Positions 39,114-52,543 of a stretch of 63,877 bases of DNA are shown in pieces; the first letter of the stretch is position 1; each line of letters opens with the position of its first letter. The notes below the pieces were generated by a model, which worked only from the letters and a program-made list of their open reading frames with translations, searched no databases and was not told the DNA's origin. Both the position numbers and the translations under genes were made by a program. This DNA comes from Gracilinanus agilis (lineage: Eukaryota). The DNA is taken from contig NC_058132.1 of assembly GCF_016433145.1 (NCBI RefSeq), forward strand, positions 529,888,903 through 529,952,779, written 5' to 3'.

Positions 39114-39301
39114 TTTTTAATTTTAAACCCTTAACTTCTGTGTATTGACTTATAGGTGGAAGATTGGTAAGGGTAGGCAATGGGGGTCAAGTGACTTGCC
39201 CAGGGTCACACAGCTGGGAAGTGTCTGAGGCTGGATTTGAACCTAGGACCTCCTGTCTCTAGGCCTGGCTCTCAATCCACTGAGCTACCCAGCTGCCCCC
39301 C
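39114..39301 (-). mobile_element. Very young SINE1_Mdo-type SINE with perfect 16-bp TSD
   Basis: Near-consensus body. TSD tttttatagtatttta at 39098-39113 and 39302-39317. Confidence 0.93.
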
Positions 39302-40009
39302 TTTTTATAGTATTTTAATATGGCTTAGCCATCATTTGACTAAGGATTTGAGAATGTTTTTGCATATTTAAATGAAAACTTGAAACACGTTGTTGCCTAA
39401 GCTTATATTTTCACCTGTAGGCTAGCCAGTTTGGATATTGTTGAAAATCATTTTTGTTTTCTTCTTGGAATTTTTCCTGTAGACAAAAAGGCTAAGTGGA
39501 AGTGTTTTATTAATTCCTGCAGCATTTCCTGCCCAACTCCATTGCTCTGACTGACATAGTATTGAAATTACTCTAAGATGAAATCTATTAATTTAGGGGA
39601 AAACACTTTTAAGAAAACCATTAGTTTATTTTGTAAACTGTGATTCTTATTCCTAAGCATTCGCTATTATAGAATTGGAGATTCTATAATCATCCAAAAT
39701 TATAGAGTAGGAACTTAGAAATATATACATTATGTTCTTGCCATCTCTTTTGATGGCAGAATATCCATATGGATGAAATACAGTCCCCTTAAGTACTTAA
39801 GTCTTTTCAAACCTTTGCAGCTGGCTAATAAAAAAATAGAACTCCTCTTCAGAAAATCCCAAAACAAATATTCTTAGAGTCAACATAATTTCAGTCCCTG
39901 AAATAATTTTTATTTCCCTTTTTCTGAGGAGTCAGAATAGAAAACTGTGGATTTTTATTGTTAAGTATTTATTTAATTGTCTTCTCATCTTTGATCTTTT
40001 TATCAACAG

Positions 40010-40089
40010 GAGTTCAAGAAGCAGATACAAGTACATTAAAAAGCAGCTTAGTAACTGTGACAGACTGGAGTGACTCTTCTGATATATAA
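40010..40089 (+). CDS. DZIP1: DZIP1 terminal coding exon: (G)VQEADTSTLKSSLVTVTDWSDSSDI*
   Basis: caacag| acceptor and TAA at 40087-40089. Matches the recalled human C-terminus LQENESSTLKSSLVTVTDWSDTSDV. Confidence 0.95.
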
Positions 40090-42035
40090 CTGCCATCCCT
40101 TGTCATATGTGACTCCCAGGTGCCAATACCTCTTTCAGTAATCTGCCCACATGGTTCTAACTCTCATGCCTTATTGTATTTCTCACAGTAAAACAAGGAA
40201 GCTTATTCAGAGAACAAAGGTATATTTAATGGCATCTAAGTATTTATTGAAAAACCAACTTCAATAAGCCAACAGTATTTTGAAGCATAAAAGTGTTAAA
40301 AAAATACATTTGCTGCTTTAAAAAAAAACTTGTCAATGCATAAAACATTTTTTCTTCAGAATGGCACTTGAGTATTAGTGTATTTTTTTCAAATAGTTTC
40401 TTAACTCTATTTTTTAAACACCCTTTACTCTCATAGGATTTTTGTTGTTGTTGAAAGTAATAACATTTTCATATTGTAATTTAAATTCTTACATAATTAA
40501 ATTTCACAATTCTGTATTATTTTTTTAAACCAAATGACAAAAAATAATTCATACTTAATACATTTAACATACAGTTAATTCTAAAATTACCAAACTATAG
40601 CTATATGTATATATGTTCATAGGCCTGAGTCACTTTCAGCTGAAGAATTGTAACCAGAACCGTCAGTGTACGCAGCATTGAGACACTTTAAGCATGTTTA
40701 CGATGAGTACATTCATTTTAGCATATCCTGAAATACTGTTTCTGCATCATAGTATCTACCTTGGATATTTTGTGAGTAAAATATAACTTTTTAAATGGCC
40801 AAATTAAGTTGTCTAATAATATTATTAGAAGACAGTCATTACTAAATTCTTATGTATATTTGTGGTTATTTACTTTTTATATTTTTTATTTTAATAAGAA
40901 TCTTGTATTATAAAATACCTTATATCAACAAATTCAGTTGTATTCTTGCCAAGATGACACTTGTCAGAGACCAGAAAATTCATATCAATTGTTTTTGCAT
41001 TTTTTTTATACACTCAAACAAAAGCATTTTTAAAGATACTTTCTGTACTTTTAATCAAAGAGGGATATTTTGACTAACTGTCTTTGTTGAGGTTTTGATT
41101 TTATTTTCTCTTTAATTGTAAACCTCTCAGTAAAATACTACATTATATCATTGTGGCTGGGTCTGAGTTATTACAAATATATCTAAACAACTTCTTTAGA
41201 GATCAATTTTTTTCTAATTCAAAGTTTTTAAGAATTCAATAAAGGAGATTGTCATATGAAACAAATACTCTGATCTAAATGCTAGACTTACAATTTAGAA
41301 TCATCCTCCTGTCTTTCTATAAAGTCTTATTATCTCCATACCTACTTGAGAAGTTGCCTCTGATTTTACAACTTGCATGATAGATATTTTCCAGGAAAGT
41401 TTTGTAGTAAAGAACTAGAATTAAACTATAATTTTCTAAACAGAGATGAGCAACTAAGAGCACGGCCAACATCTCTAGCTACTGCCATGCCATACCCCTC
41501 TCCAACCATTCTGAGGAGAATTGGGACTTAGCATTATCTTGCCCCCTCTTCTATCACTCCCAGCAAGGAAGAAATAAGGGGATTTTGTTACACCATTTTA
41601 AAAGCTGTTCCTTGTACTAGAGAAACTATTTAAAGTATCCTCTGAGGAATTCTTGCTAAAGCAAATAATTAATTACCAATAGGAAGGGTAGGAAGACCTC
41701 TGGATTTGAACTCTGAAGGTCTAGATTCAAATAGTGGTTCTGCCATGTGTGAACTCAGATAAATCACTTCAACTCTGTACCTCAGTTTCCAGATCTGTAA
41801 AACAAAAGCCTAAGATCTCTTCCAGCTTTAATGATCTCTTTATATGATCCCCACAAATAATTTTTAAAGAGTTTATAACTTTTAATCTGAATTTCCCCCT
41901 TTGGACTCTGTCTAAAGTTATTCAGGGACCTACTTTGCAGTTTTTTATTATTCATATATCTGGAATTTCTAGACTCGTATTTTCTTTCTCCCTTTGCATT
42001 CTCACTGCTAATAAAATATATTAGGAGGTTTCAGT
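40090..42035 (+). other. DZIP1: Putative DZIP1 3' UTR (end uncertain)
   Basis: AT-rich sequence after the stop codon with AATAAA hexamers at 41238-41243 and 42010-42015. The site actually used cannot be determined from sequence. Confidence 0.45.
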
Positions 42036-42159
42036 CAGTATATTTGAAAATTAGGTTAGAATTCAAATGATTTGGGCAGAAAGTGAGGAGTCTCACCTCC
42101 CTTGCTATAGAGAACGGTGTAAGTCATTCATCAGTATGATACATAAAAAATGTAACTGG

Positions 42160-44554
42160 GCATGAATGGATCACAACCATACTTTATTAAGACTTGTATT
42201 TTGTCCCTTGCAGTGGCATCAAATGACATTTTATGGATGGATATAATTGTTCTTCATAACCTCAATCTGAGAAATTCTCAACTTCTATTAATAACATACT
42301 TGAGTTACATGAAGTCCTTTATTGACTGATCATAAATTTCTCTTAAATTTTCCTGATCTTTTTGTAACTTTTGAATTTTCCAGATGAGTTCCACACGTTG
42401 AAGACTTACTTTATAATTAAAGTAATTCATTTTGCTTAATTTATCTTTCAAACTTTAAGGAATTTCCTTAAATCTGTAATCAGCTAGACTTGTCTGGTGT
42501 TCACCCATCATGATAGAACAGTTTAATTTCAGATCCCTTTCATGGGCTAACTGATAGCTTAGAACTGGTTACTTTAGAGTTTGGGATTCATTTCCCCTTA
42601 AATCATTGCCTCAGTTGGCCTCCAGTAGTGCTTATTATCTAAGTTATTTCTCTTCATTCACCAAATACTAAATACTTAAGATAGCTAATCATCACCTGCA
42701 TATTCATAAGTTTCACTTTGTACTCTTTTCTGCATAGCACATAAGGAAAAAAAATTGTAGTTGGTTCACAAATGATTCCTTTTCCCAGACTCCTAGTCTT
42801 TATTTTGTGTCTTTTTAAGCCAGTTTTCTTTTTATGAAGAAATATATCACCTAGGCCCAAGCTAACTCAGTTTCTATAAAACATCCTTTCAAATGGAGTC
42901 TTCTAGATATTTCTCTAGGCCCTTATTGATCTACTCAAAAATACAATGAATTTTTTTCCCTCTGTTCCCTGGAAGTATAATCATGTTGTGGTCATTATTA
43001 TACATCAACTGATTCAGATACTTTCTGTACACATTTCTGACCACTGCTTGGAACCAAGGCTAGTCAATGGTCCAAATGACCATTTACTGAACAATCACAA
43101 TGTCTTATTTAGAAATTGTACCTCTTCACATCTTGCTCCAATGATCTCAGTCTAGCTCTTTAAAGTGTTCAGGTAGGTATTTAGACAAGACCCAAGGCAG
43201 AGTTCCAAAGTATCCATATTTGGGGGAAGAAGAGTGCAAACTTAAATTTAGCATCTAAAACCTTCATTGAGACTTTACTAGATCATTATTACCTACCCTC
43301 ACAGCTATGTGGTATAGGGAATAGAGCTCTGGACCTAGAACCAAAAGGACCTAAGTTCAAACACAGGCTCAGACACTTAGTAACAATGTGATCCTAANNN
43401 NNNNNNNNNNNNNNNNNNNNNNNNNNNNNNNNNNNNNNNNNNNNNNNNNNNNNNNNNNNNNNNNNNNNNNNNNNNNNNNNNNNNNNNNNNNNNNNNNNNN
43501 NNNNNNNNNNNNNNNNNNNNNNNNNNNNNNNNNNNNNNNNNNNNTTGCCCTAGTATAAATTCTGAGTGGCCAAGGCTTAAGCGATTAGGGTTCAGTAATT
43601 TGCCCAGGGTCACACAGCTAGGCAATGTCTGAATCCAGATTTGACCCCAGGTCCTCCTGACTACAGGTCTGACGCTCTATCCACTGTGCTACTGAGCTGC
43701 CCCAATAAGCATTTATCTAGTACCTAATATATGCCAGGTGCTATGCTAGGTGCTTTACAAATATTATCTCATTTGATCCTCCAAACACCCTTTCAAGGTA
43801 GATGATAATATCTACTTTGCAAAACTTAAAAGTACTACTTACATGCTAGCTATTATTCTTATTATTCTTTTATTGCAGTTCGTCCTGAGGATTATATCTA
43901 TACACCCAACCAGAGAAGTCCCCTGAAATGATGTAAGACTTAAGTGTCAGTAGGATTTTGGCCAAGATCATTTCTACTCAGTGTTCCTTCTTCTCAACTA
44001 TTCTTAACAGTTTCAGTGTTTTAACAGGTGGTAAGAAATAATAAAAATGGCCTATCAGCCAATAGCTTCCTCCTCACTTAATTTGAAGAGTTTTGGAGAC
44101 ATATTTGGATCTCTGATCAGCTTCAATTCAATTCAACAATTATCAAACACTAACTGTTTGGGGATGGATGCTGCTTTCCAATCGTCAAGTTTTTAGGTGA
44201 ATTCCGTTTTCTATTTAAAATGAACAAAAAGTCAGAGCTTTCATCTTTTGAATCACGTTGAAAACACCAGACCTATGGGCTAACCTATATTTAAAAAGTA
44301 GTACTCATTTTAGGTATTATATCAATTAAAATACCTGGTAAGTAAACCTATTTATTTTTTTATAAGAAAGCCACAACAGAAAATGATTCGTACATAACTA
44401 TATAAGAAAATTTACATCCATAAAATCAACAAATGCTACAATCCATATTTTAAAAATAGTTTGTGTTAATTACAGTGGAACCTTGATGGAAATCATTCTA
44501 TGAACAGTTCACATTTTAATGACAAACTCGATTTGTGATTTGTAGCAGTGCTCT
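42160..44554 (-). other. CLDN10: Putative CLDN10 3' UTR (end uncertain; spans an assembly gap)
   Basis: Follows the stop codon on the - strand. Minus-strand AATAAA (plus tttatt) occurs at 44351-44356, 43869-43874 and 42183-42188. Confidence 0.4.
43398..43544. other. Assembly gap (147 N)
   Basis: Run of N in the sequence. Confidence 1.
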
Positions 44555-44678
44555 TTAGACATAAGCATTTTTATCAAACTGTTTTGAAGAGCTTGTGTTT
44601 TTAAAATCCCCTTCTCCACTCTGGTACTTTGGCCGAGAAGACAAGACAGATGTGGCTCCATTGTATGCATATGTCATT
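44555..44678 (-). CDS. CLDN10: CLDN10 terminal coding exon: (R)MTYAYNGATSVLSSRPKYQSGEGDFKNTSSSKQFDKNAYV*
   Basis: Reverse complement shows a tttgcctttcag| acceptor and TAA (plus-strand tta at 44555-44557). Matches the recalled claudin-10 C-terminus ending KQFDKNAYV with the YV PDZ-binding motif. Confidence 0.96.
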
Positions 44679-44859
44679 CTGAAAGGCAAAAAAACAATTT
44701 TACAAATTATAACATATAGTATGTGGGGTGGAGTAGAGTGAGGGGAATGAATTATTTACCTCCTCTTTCTATAAATAACTAAGATTTTATTTCCTTGGCA
44801 TTTCCATATGATCCTGAACTCTAGCAAGTATTTAAAGATAGCACATTTATATTTATTTG

Positions 44860-45080
44860 GGCAGCAAGGTGGCACAGTCAGGTTTACGATCAGGAAAACT
44901 CGTATTCCCAAGTTTAAATCTGGCCTCAGAAATTTAGCTAACTGAACCCTGAACAAGTCACTTAACCCTGTTTGCCTCAGTTCCTCATCTGGAAGATGAG
45001 CTGGAGAAGGAAATGGTGAAGCATTCCAGTATCTTTGTCAAGAAAACCCCAAATGGGGTCACAAAGAGTAGGACAAATTA
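44860..45080 (+). mobile_element. MAR1 CORE-SINE in the last CLDN10 intron
   Basis: gagctggagaaggaaatgg..caagaaaaccccaaatggggtcac tail. Confidence 0.85.
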
Positions 45081-45434
45081 GTAAAATATTGGTGTTTATT
45101 AGTGTTCTTTGCCTTTTTTCCCCAGATTATTTTAACCATACCCCATCTATTCTGTACTCAAGAAGTCACTGTAAAAATTTCTATCAATAATTTCTGACTG
45201 TTATATAAAGTGAATTGTTGGGGCAGGTAGGTGAAACTGTCTATAGAGCTCTAGTCCTGGATTTGGGAAGATCTGGGTTCAAATATGACCTCAGGCACTT
45301 CTTAGCTGTGAGACAAGTCACAACCTCATTTGTCTAATTATCTTATAATTGATACTAAGACAGAAGATAGTGGTTTTAAAAAAGTAAGTTGAGTTCAGGT
45401 CAAAATGATGGCTATGACTTTTTAAATTTTTTTT

Positions 45435-45615
45435 AAGACTTTACCTTCCATTTTAGAATCAATACTAAATATTGGTTCCAAGGCAAAAGACAGATAATGG
45501 GGGGTGAGTGACTTGCTCAATCACACAGCTCGGAAGTGTCTGAGGTCAAATTTGAACTCGGCACTTCCTGTCTCTAGGTCTGGCTTTTAATCCACTAAGC
45601 TACCCAGCTGCCCCA
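45435..45615 (-). mobile_element. Mdo/MAR1-type CORE-SINE
   Basis: accttccattttagaatcaatact..gctacccagctgcccc. Confidence 0.85.
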
Positions 45616-46294
45616 ATGATTATAATCTAACAATTTCTCTATCTGTTGCTTTCTTTAAATGCTAAATAAGACTTTTCCATTTTGATCTTGTCTTAGTTAA
45701 ATTAAGACCTCTTGATTAGAGACTCTTGATGGAAGTTGCAAAGATCACTGGACCCTCTAGGTTAGGGGTAAAGAGGTCAGTGCCAGAACCTATGTCTACA
45801 CAGGCATATTTCTTCACTCTCTACTCATTCTAAAGACAATTTTTGTTATTTATTGTTTACTGTTACTGTTTACTTTTCACTGTTCTGAAAGGTTTACACA
45901 GAACACAACTGAACTTAATAATGTGGTCTCAGAAACCTAGCCTTCAAATGAAGTTTAATGTTACTGGTATGATTAACTGAGGATAACCTCTGCTAAGCAA
46001 ATCTGATAAAGTTCTTGCCTCCTTCCACACCACCAACCCAAATCTGATTTTGTAGAGTTTTGCTTCAAGAATCATATTAACCATGTGCAATTTGTTTTCC
46101 ACATGTTAATTTAGAATCATTATCACTGATCCAGAATTATTGAAGGGAACTTAGGGGTCATCAAATCCAGCCTTCCTCATTTTCCTGATAATTGGAAACT
46201 CGAACCCAGAGAAGTTAAGGGACTTGCCTAAGGTAACACCCACAAGTAGTAAAATAGCAGAGCTGGATTCCTTTTGATCCAGCAATACCACTAC

Positions 46295-46930
46295 TAGGTC
46301 TATGTCCCAAAGAGATTTTAAAAAATGGGAAAGGACCTGTTTGTACAAAAATATGTACAGCTGCGCTTTTTGTGGTGGCAAAGAATTGGAAACTAACGGG
46401 ATGTCCCGCAATTGGGTTGAACAAATTGTGTTATACAATGGTGATGGAATACTACTGTGCTATAAGGAATGATGAACTAGAGGATTTCAGAAAGAGCTGG
46501 AAAGACCTGCATGAACACAGTAACTGAAATATTGTGGGACAATCAAATGTGATAGACTTTGCTACTCAGAGCAATACTATGATCCAGGACAATTCTGTAG
46601 GACTTATGAAAAAGAATGGCATCCACCTCCAGAGAAAGAACTATTGGAGTAGAAATGCAGATGGAAACATATGATTTATCACTTGTCTACTTGGGTATAT
46701 GATTTGGGGTTTGGGTTTTTTTAAAGATTATTCTCTTAAAAAAAGAATAATATGGAAATATGTTTTGAGTGATAATACATGTATAGCCCAGTGGAATTGC
46801 TTCTCAACTCTGGGATGTTGAGGGGGGAGGTAAGAAGGGACGCAGACAACATTAATCATATGACTTTGGAAAACTTAAATGGAAAGTGGAAATATGTTAC
46901 TGGAATAAATAAAGATAAAAATAAAAAATA
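46295..46930 (+). mobile_element. Marsupial L1 3' end
   Basis: gtggtggcaaagaattggaaact..gatggaatactactgtgctataaggaatgatgaa, with an A-rich tail at about 46905-46930. Confidence 0.9.
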
Positions 46931-47002
46931 ATGAAATAGCAGAGCTGGGTTTAGAATAATTCAGGACTTTTCAAAGACACCATTTTTGTCTGCATTCCTT
47001 AC

Positions 47003-47110
47003 CTGGGTGTTTTGCTATTGTCGGATATGGAGAAACAAAATATAACGCCACCAATTATGCAAAGTGAAGCTCCAGCCCATCCAATGAACAAAGCAGCTCC
47101 TAATTCATAT
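47003..47110 (-). CDS. CLDN10: CLDN10 penultimate coding exon (108 nt, TM4): YELGAALFIGWAGASLCIIGGVIFCFSISDNSKTP(R)
   Basis: Reverse complement shows a tttttggcag| acceptor and |gtaagg donor. Contains the classic claudin YELG.AL.IGW motif, and the phase joins the terminal exon. Confidence 0.96.
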
Positions 47111-48399
47111 CTGCCAAAAAGTATGACGTGAGTTTTGGTTTATTTATTTGAAACTAAATTGTATTTAAGACTTTTACCTGAAATTCTGAATTATTAAATT
47201 ATAACCTTCAAAAAGAAGTAAGTTGGAATAATTTACATGAGGCTTATGGCATTTGCAATTTTTAGCAACAATCATCAGTTTTTTCAAAGGAGAGATTGTA
47301 TCATCATCCTTATGTTACCGGGTCTTATTTAAAACAATTCAATAAACTTTTGTTTGGAATACAAAACTGAAACAGTTCCTGCCCTCAAGACACTTTAATT
47401 CTACTGCTGGGATATGTGTATGTGTGTGTATTAAAATTAAATAATTTTAAAAATGGGAGGGAAAAGCTCTCAACTGAGGATCAGGAAAGTCTCCCTCTTA
47501 AGTGGTAGTACCTGAGCTATGCTTTGAAAGAAGGGATTCAAAGAAATAGAGGCACAGAGAAGACTACTTGAACAAAGGCAATAATTAAGTTGATCTTGAA
47601 AGGTGTAAGATGTATATTAAAAAGTCGAAAGGCACCTTTGACTGGAAGAGAGTGTGAGAAGAAGAGCAATATGAAACAAAACTAGGACAGACAGGAGCCT
47701 CTGCTAGTGAGGAAAGAAAGAAGCAATAGATGAGTGAAGAAAAGAGAAAACATTAAGCCAATGTTTAAAGAATGTAAGAATTAACCAATTGTTAATGGTC
47801 GGTGTCCATTCCCTACATTCCCGAGTCAGAATCAGAGTGAAGAATCTTAGGGTGATAGGCTTTGAAAACCAGACTTGGAGTCAAACTTCTTGGGCTTAAA
47901 TCCTGGCTTCAGCACATAGTTTTTCCTTACCTCTAAAATAGAGTAATACTTTTTCTACTTCATTCATCAGTTTGTTGTGGGTAAAGCCCTGTGTAAATCT
48001 TAAAGCTACATAAATATTCATGTATAAGATGATAGATTTTGAGCTAGAAAATATCTTGGAGGATACCTACTCCAATTTTTGCTTTTCATAGATGGGGAAA
48101 CTAAGATCTACAGAGATTTAATGACTTGACCAAGGTCACATGATTAGTAAGTTATTGAGCCAGGCTTTGAATCCAAGTCCTCCAACTCCAAAACCCATTG
48201 TTGTTTCCACTGTACTATTCTCTGCCCCAATGAATTATCTTATCTCCCCTATTATACTTTGCTCCTTGAGAACAGGTGCTCTTTTTTGCCTTCATTTATA
48301 ATCCCAGGACTCAGCTTTATTGCTGACACATAGTAGGCACTTAATAAATGTTTACTGACTGGAAAAGTATATCATTTGAAATCCCAGTGACCTACCTGC

Positions 48400-49646
48400 T
48401 ATATAAATCTTGATAACAGTGCTTAATGTTTGTTGAATTGAAAAGATTTTGAATGATGCTTTTGCCAAAAAAGAGGCCAAGAATATATGAACAACTATCA
48501 ACTCATACGCCTTCTTTGTTATCTCTATAATATCTCCATGAGAACATATCCAGAAGGGAATATTAATAAAACATGAAAAGGGAACTGGTCAGCTTTTACA
48601 ATTTTGTATAATGAATCACACAAAGACAATTGCAACAGACAGGTTTTGAGAATTTAAAGATTCCATTTTTCTACTTCACTGATTACAAGCTGCAAAATCA
48701 ATAGAATAAAATATATAACCTCATATCAAAAAAAGGGCAAAGAATATATATATGTATATACATACATATATGTGTGTGTGTACATACACAGCTAGATATA
48801 GAAATTCATCCTATCCAACTGGTAAGTAGAAGGGAAAGGGGCTAAGAAAAAGGAAGGTTAGGATTGAGTATGATGAAAGGAAAAGTAGATGAAGGAAGGC
48901 AGCAGTTAAAAGCAAAACATATCTGAGGGTGGAATAGTTAAAAAAAAAAGAATATACAAGAAAATAGGCAAAAGGGAAATACACAGTATTCATAACTGAA
49001 TGCTTATGAGAATGAATTTGCCCAGAAAACAGAAGAGGATAGCAGAATGCATAAGTAACCAGAATTTAGCACTGCATTGTTTATAATAGACACAGAATTA
49101 ATATAATATTAAATTATGTTTCAGCATAAAAAGGTAGGGCTATAGTTATCAGACAAATAGATCTTATTAATGAATAGAAATGGAAAGGAGGCTCTTTTTT
49201 CTCAGCTGTACATAACCCCTACACAAAAATTGACCATGTATTAAAAACCACACAAGTGCAGAAAAACATTAAATGTGCCCTTTTCAGACAGTAGTATAAT
49301 AAAATGTACATTCAATAATGGGTCTTTGAAGCATATAAAAATTAATTGGAAACTAAATCTTAAAGAGTGAATGGGACAGAGATAGGTGGCTCAGTGGATA
49401 GGGAACCAGGCCTGGAGACAGGAGGTCTTAGGTTCAAATTTGACCTTAGATACTTCCTAGCTATGTAACCCTGGGCAAGTCACTTAATCCCAATTGCCTA
49501 GCCCTTGATGCTCTTACTATTGGTTCTAAGAAGGTATGGGTTAAATAAATAAAAAATCATAGAAAACATTCAATTAAAGATAATGACAACATACCAAAAT
49601 CTGAGATTCAGCAAAAGCAGATCTTCAGCGGGGAGGGGGAGGCATA

Positions 49647-49696
<50 letters not shown>

Positions 49697-51530
49697 AAAA
49701 ATAAAAGAGACAAAGAACAGATCAATGAACTGGACATATGACTAAAAAAAACTAGAAAAAAATAAAATCCCCAATTAAACACCAAATTGGAAATCTGAAA
49801 ATCAAGAAATGAATCAAAGTTTTAACAAATTGAATTAATAAAACTAGGAATTATTATGAGGGAAAAAATCAGTAAGCTGTTGGCTAATTTGATTTTTAAA
49901 AATCAAATCAATATCAGAAATGAAAAAGATGAATAAATAATGATGAAATTAAAGCAAATATTAGGAACTATTTTTCCCGATTATGTCAATAAAACTGACA
50001 ATCTGAAGGAAATTAATATTTATTAAAACATGTTTCTCAGATGAACAGTAGAGGAAATGGGATGCTTAAATAACCCTAATGTAGGAAAAGAAATAAGCCA
50101 TTAATAAGAGTCCTAATGGGAGAAAAAAGCCCAAGCTCATATGGATTTACAGAGACATGTAAAGAACAATTCCAATATTATGTAAACTTAAAAAAAAAAA
50201 CAGGCAAAGGAATCCTACCAAATTCCTTCTGTAATATAAATGTGCTTTTGATACCTAAATCAGAGAAAGTAAAAACAGAGAAAGAAAACTATAGACAAAT
50301 CTCCCTAAGGAATATTGATGCAGAAATTTTAAGTAAAATACTAGCAAGGAGATTACAGGAATATATCACAAAGACAATATACTATCATTAGACTGGATTT
50401 ATACCAGGAGCGTTGATTTAATATTAAGGAAACTATAAGTATCATTAACCACATCAATAATTTAAAAAGACAAAAATCATGATTGCATCAATGTAGAAAA
50501 AAGTTTTGACAAAATACAATACCGATCCCTATTTAAAACACTAGAAAACATAGGAAAAAGTGAAGCTTTCCTAAAAAGTGTCTATCTAAAGCCAAAAGCA
50601 AATATTATAATGCAGTGAGCTAGATATCGTTTTCATAAGATTAAAGGTGGAGAAAGAATGTTTATTATCACCATTATTATTTAGTATATTAAAAATTCCA
50701 GCTATACTAATAAGACCAAAAAAGAGAAATTAAAGAACAAAAATAGACAAGGAGCCAAAATTATTATTTTTTGCAAATGAAATTATGATATATTTAACAA
50801 ACCAGAGAGAATCAGTTGAACTAGTTGAAACTACAACTTTGGCAAAGTTACAAGATAGAAAACAAACTCATCCCAATATCAGCATTTTTATATGATATCA
50901 ACAAAACCCAATAGGAAGTTACTGAAAGAGAAATTCCATTTAAAATAATTGCTGACAATATAAAATAGTTGGGAGTCTATGTGCAAAGATACATCCAGGA
51001 ACTATATGAACCCAATTACAAAACACATTTTCTCATAAGTAAAGATATCTAAACAACTGGAGAAATTTTAATTGCTCAGGTGTAGACCAAGCTAACATAG
51101 TAAAAATGGTAAATTGCTTTGTTTATTCAGTGCCATACCAATAAAATTACCAAAGAATTATTTTTAAAGAGCTGAACAAATAAAAAAATTCATATGGGGA
51201 ACAAAAGGTCAAAAATATCAAAGGAATCACGAGGTGGGTGATTGGGAGTGAAAGAATGCAACCTAACAATACCAGATCTCAAAATATACTCCAAAGTGGT
51301 GATCATCAAAACAATATGGCACTGGATATGTGAAAGAATGGTTAATCAATGGAATGGATTTGGTACATGAAACTCAGAAGTAAAAGATCACTTTCACCTA
51401 GTGTTTGATAAACCCAAAGATGCTATTGGGGCAAAAATTTACTATTTGGCAAAAACTGCTATGAAAACTGGAAACTAAGCATAGACAAATATCTCACACT
51501 GTATATTATCAAGATAAGCTTGAAAAACAT
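48400..51530 (+). mobile_element. Degraded L1 (ORF1 end through ORF2), with a nested SINE (about 49376-49540) and (TG)n
   Basis: The ORF at 50116-50391 (GILPNSF..LIPK..ENYRQISLRNIDAEILSKILARRLQ) is the L1 RT domain. Many stops and frameshifts. Confidence 0.9.
49648..49693. repeat. (TG)23 microsatellite
   Basis: Perfect dinucleotide run. Confidence 0.98.
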
Positions 51531-52543
51531 ACATGGGGTGGGGGACAAGATGGTGACTTACTAGCAAAAAAAGCTGGAACCACTCCAAGAAGAAATCCTT
51601 CCAGACCCAAACTTAAAATTAGAAGCGTTTTCATCAGTAAACCAAACTAAGGAACCATACAAGTAGTTGTTTTAAATATATATATATACACACATATATA
51701 CACACATATATGTACACATATGTACACATGTAGATATACACACATAGCTATAATTTAATATGCAGTTATTAAATTTTTATATTAAAATAAATTTATACTT
51801 CTTTATATGATCTATTTATATTTATATAATACATTTATTAAAATAATTATTACTGCCATGTAAATATTAAAATACAAGCAATCTTGATGGACCATATCTG
51901 TGTCTTCACATTTGATTAGAGTAAGAAAAGGGATTTCTTTTTGATCCTTTAGAGTACTCTCTAGGCAAGACTAAAGACCCTATGGACAACCACACTGCTA
52001 TCTCCCACTTGTAAAAGCAAAGAGAAAAGTCATCACTAGAATAAATGGTTAAGTCACTATCACAGAGCACTTGACCTGGAATCAGAAAGATCTGAGTTCA
52101 AATTCTGCCTTAGATTTAGCTATTGGGACACTAAGAGATTCTTTTAACTTCTCAGGATGTTTCTATATCCATAAAGTGAAGATAGTCATACTACCTATCT
52201 CCAAGGGTCATCCTGAGGATCAAATGAGATATCATATGTAAAGTGCCTTGGAACCTTAAGGTCCTAAAAATAAATGCCACCTATTGTCATTATTCTTTGG
52301 ATGATGAATCAATGAAGGGAGAAAAGAGAGTAAAAGGGAAAAAAATGTAAAAGTAGAAAAGAGAAGTGGAGTGAGGAAAAGTGGGGAGAAGGAGCAAAAG
52401 ATAAGGCACAGGAATCTTCCTAGCCTTAGTGTCTTACTTATATGGCAGTCTCACACCCACCAGATCATGAACATAGTCTTCTACCTTTCTCATCCCCCAA
52501 ACACTCCTGGGTCTCACAGTGTCACGTAGCTGCCCATTTCCCT

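Noticed and set aside
43377-43625. ORF spanning the N run
   Set aside because: Artefact of translating through the assembly gap between SINEs.
49570-49785. ORF with an (HT)n repeat
   Set aside because: Translation of the (TG)n microsatellite.
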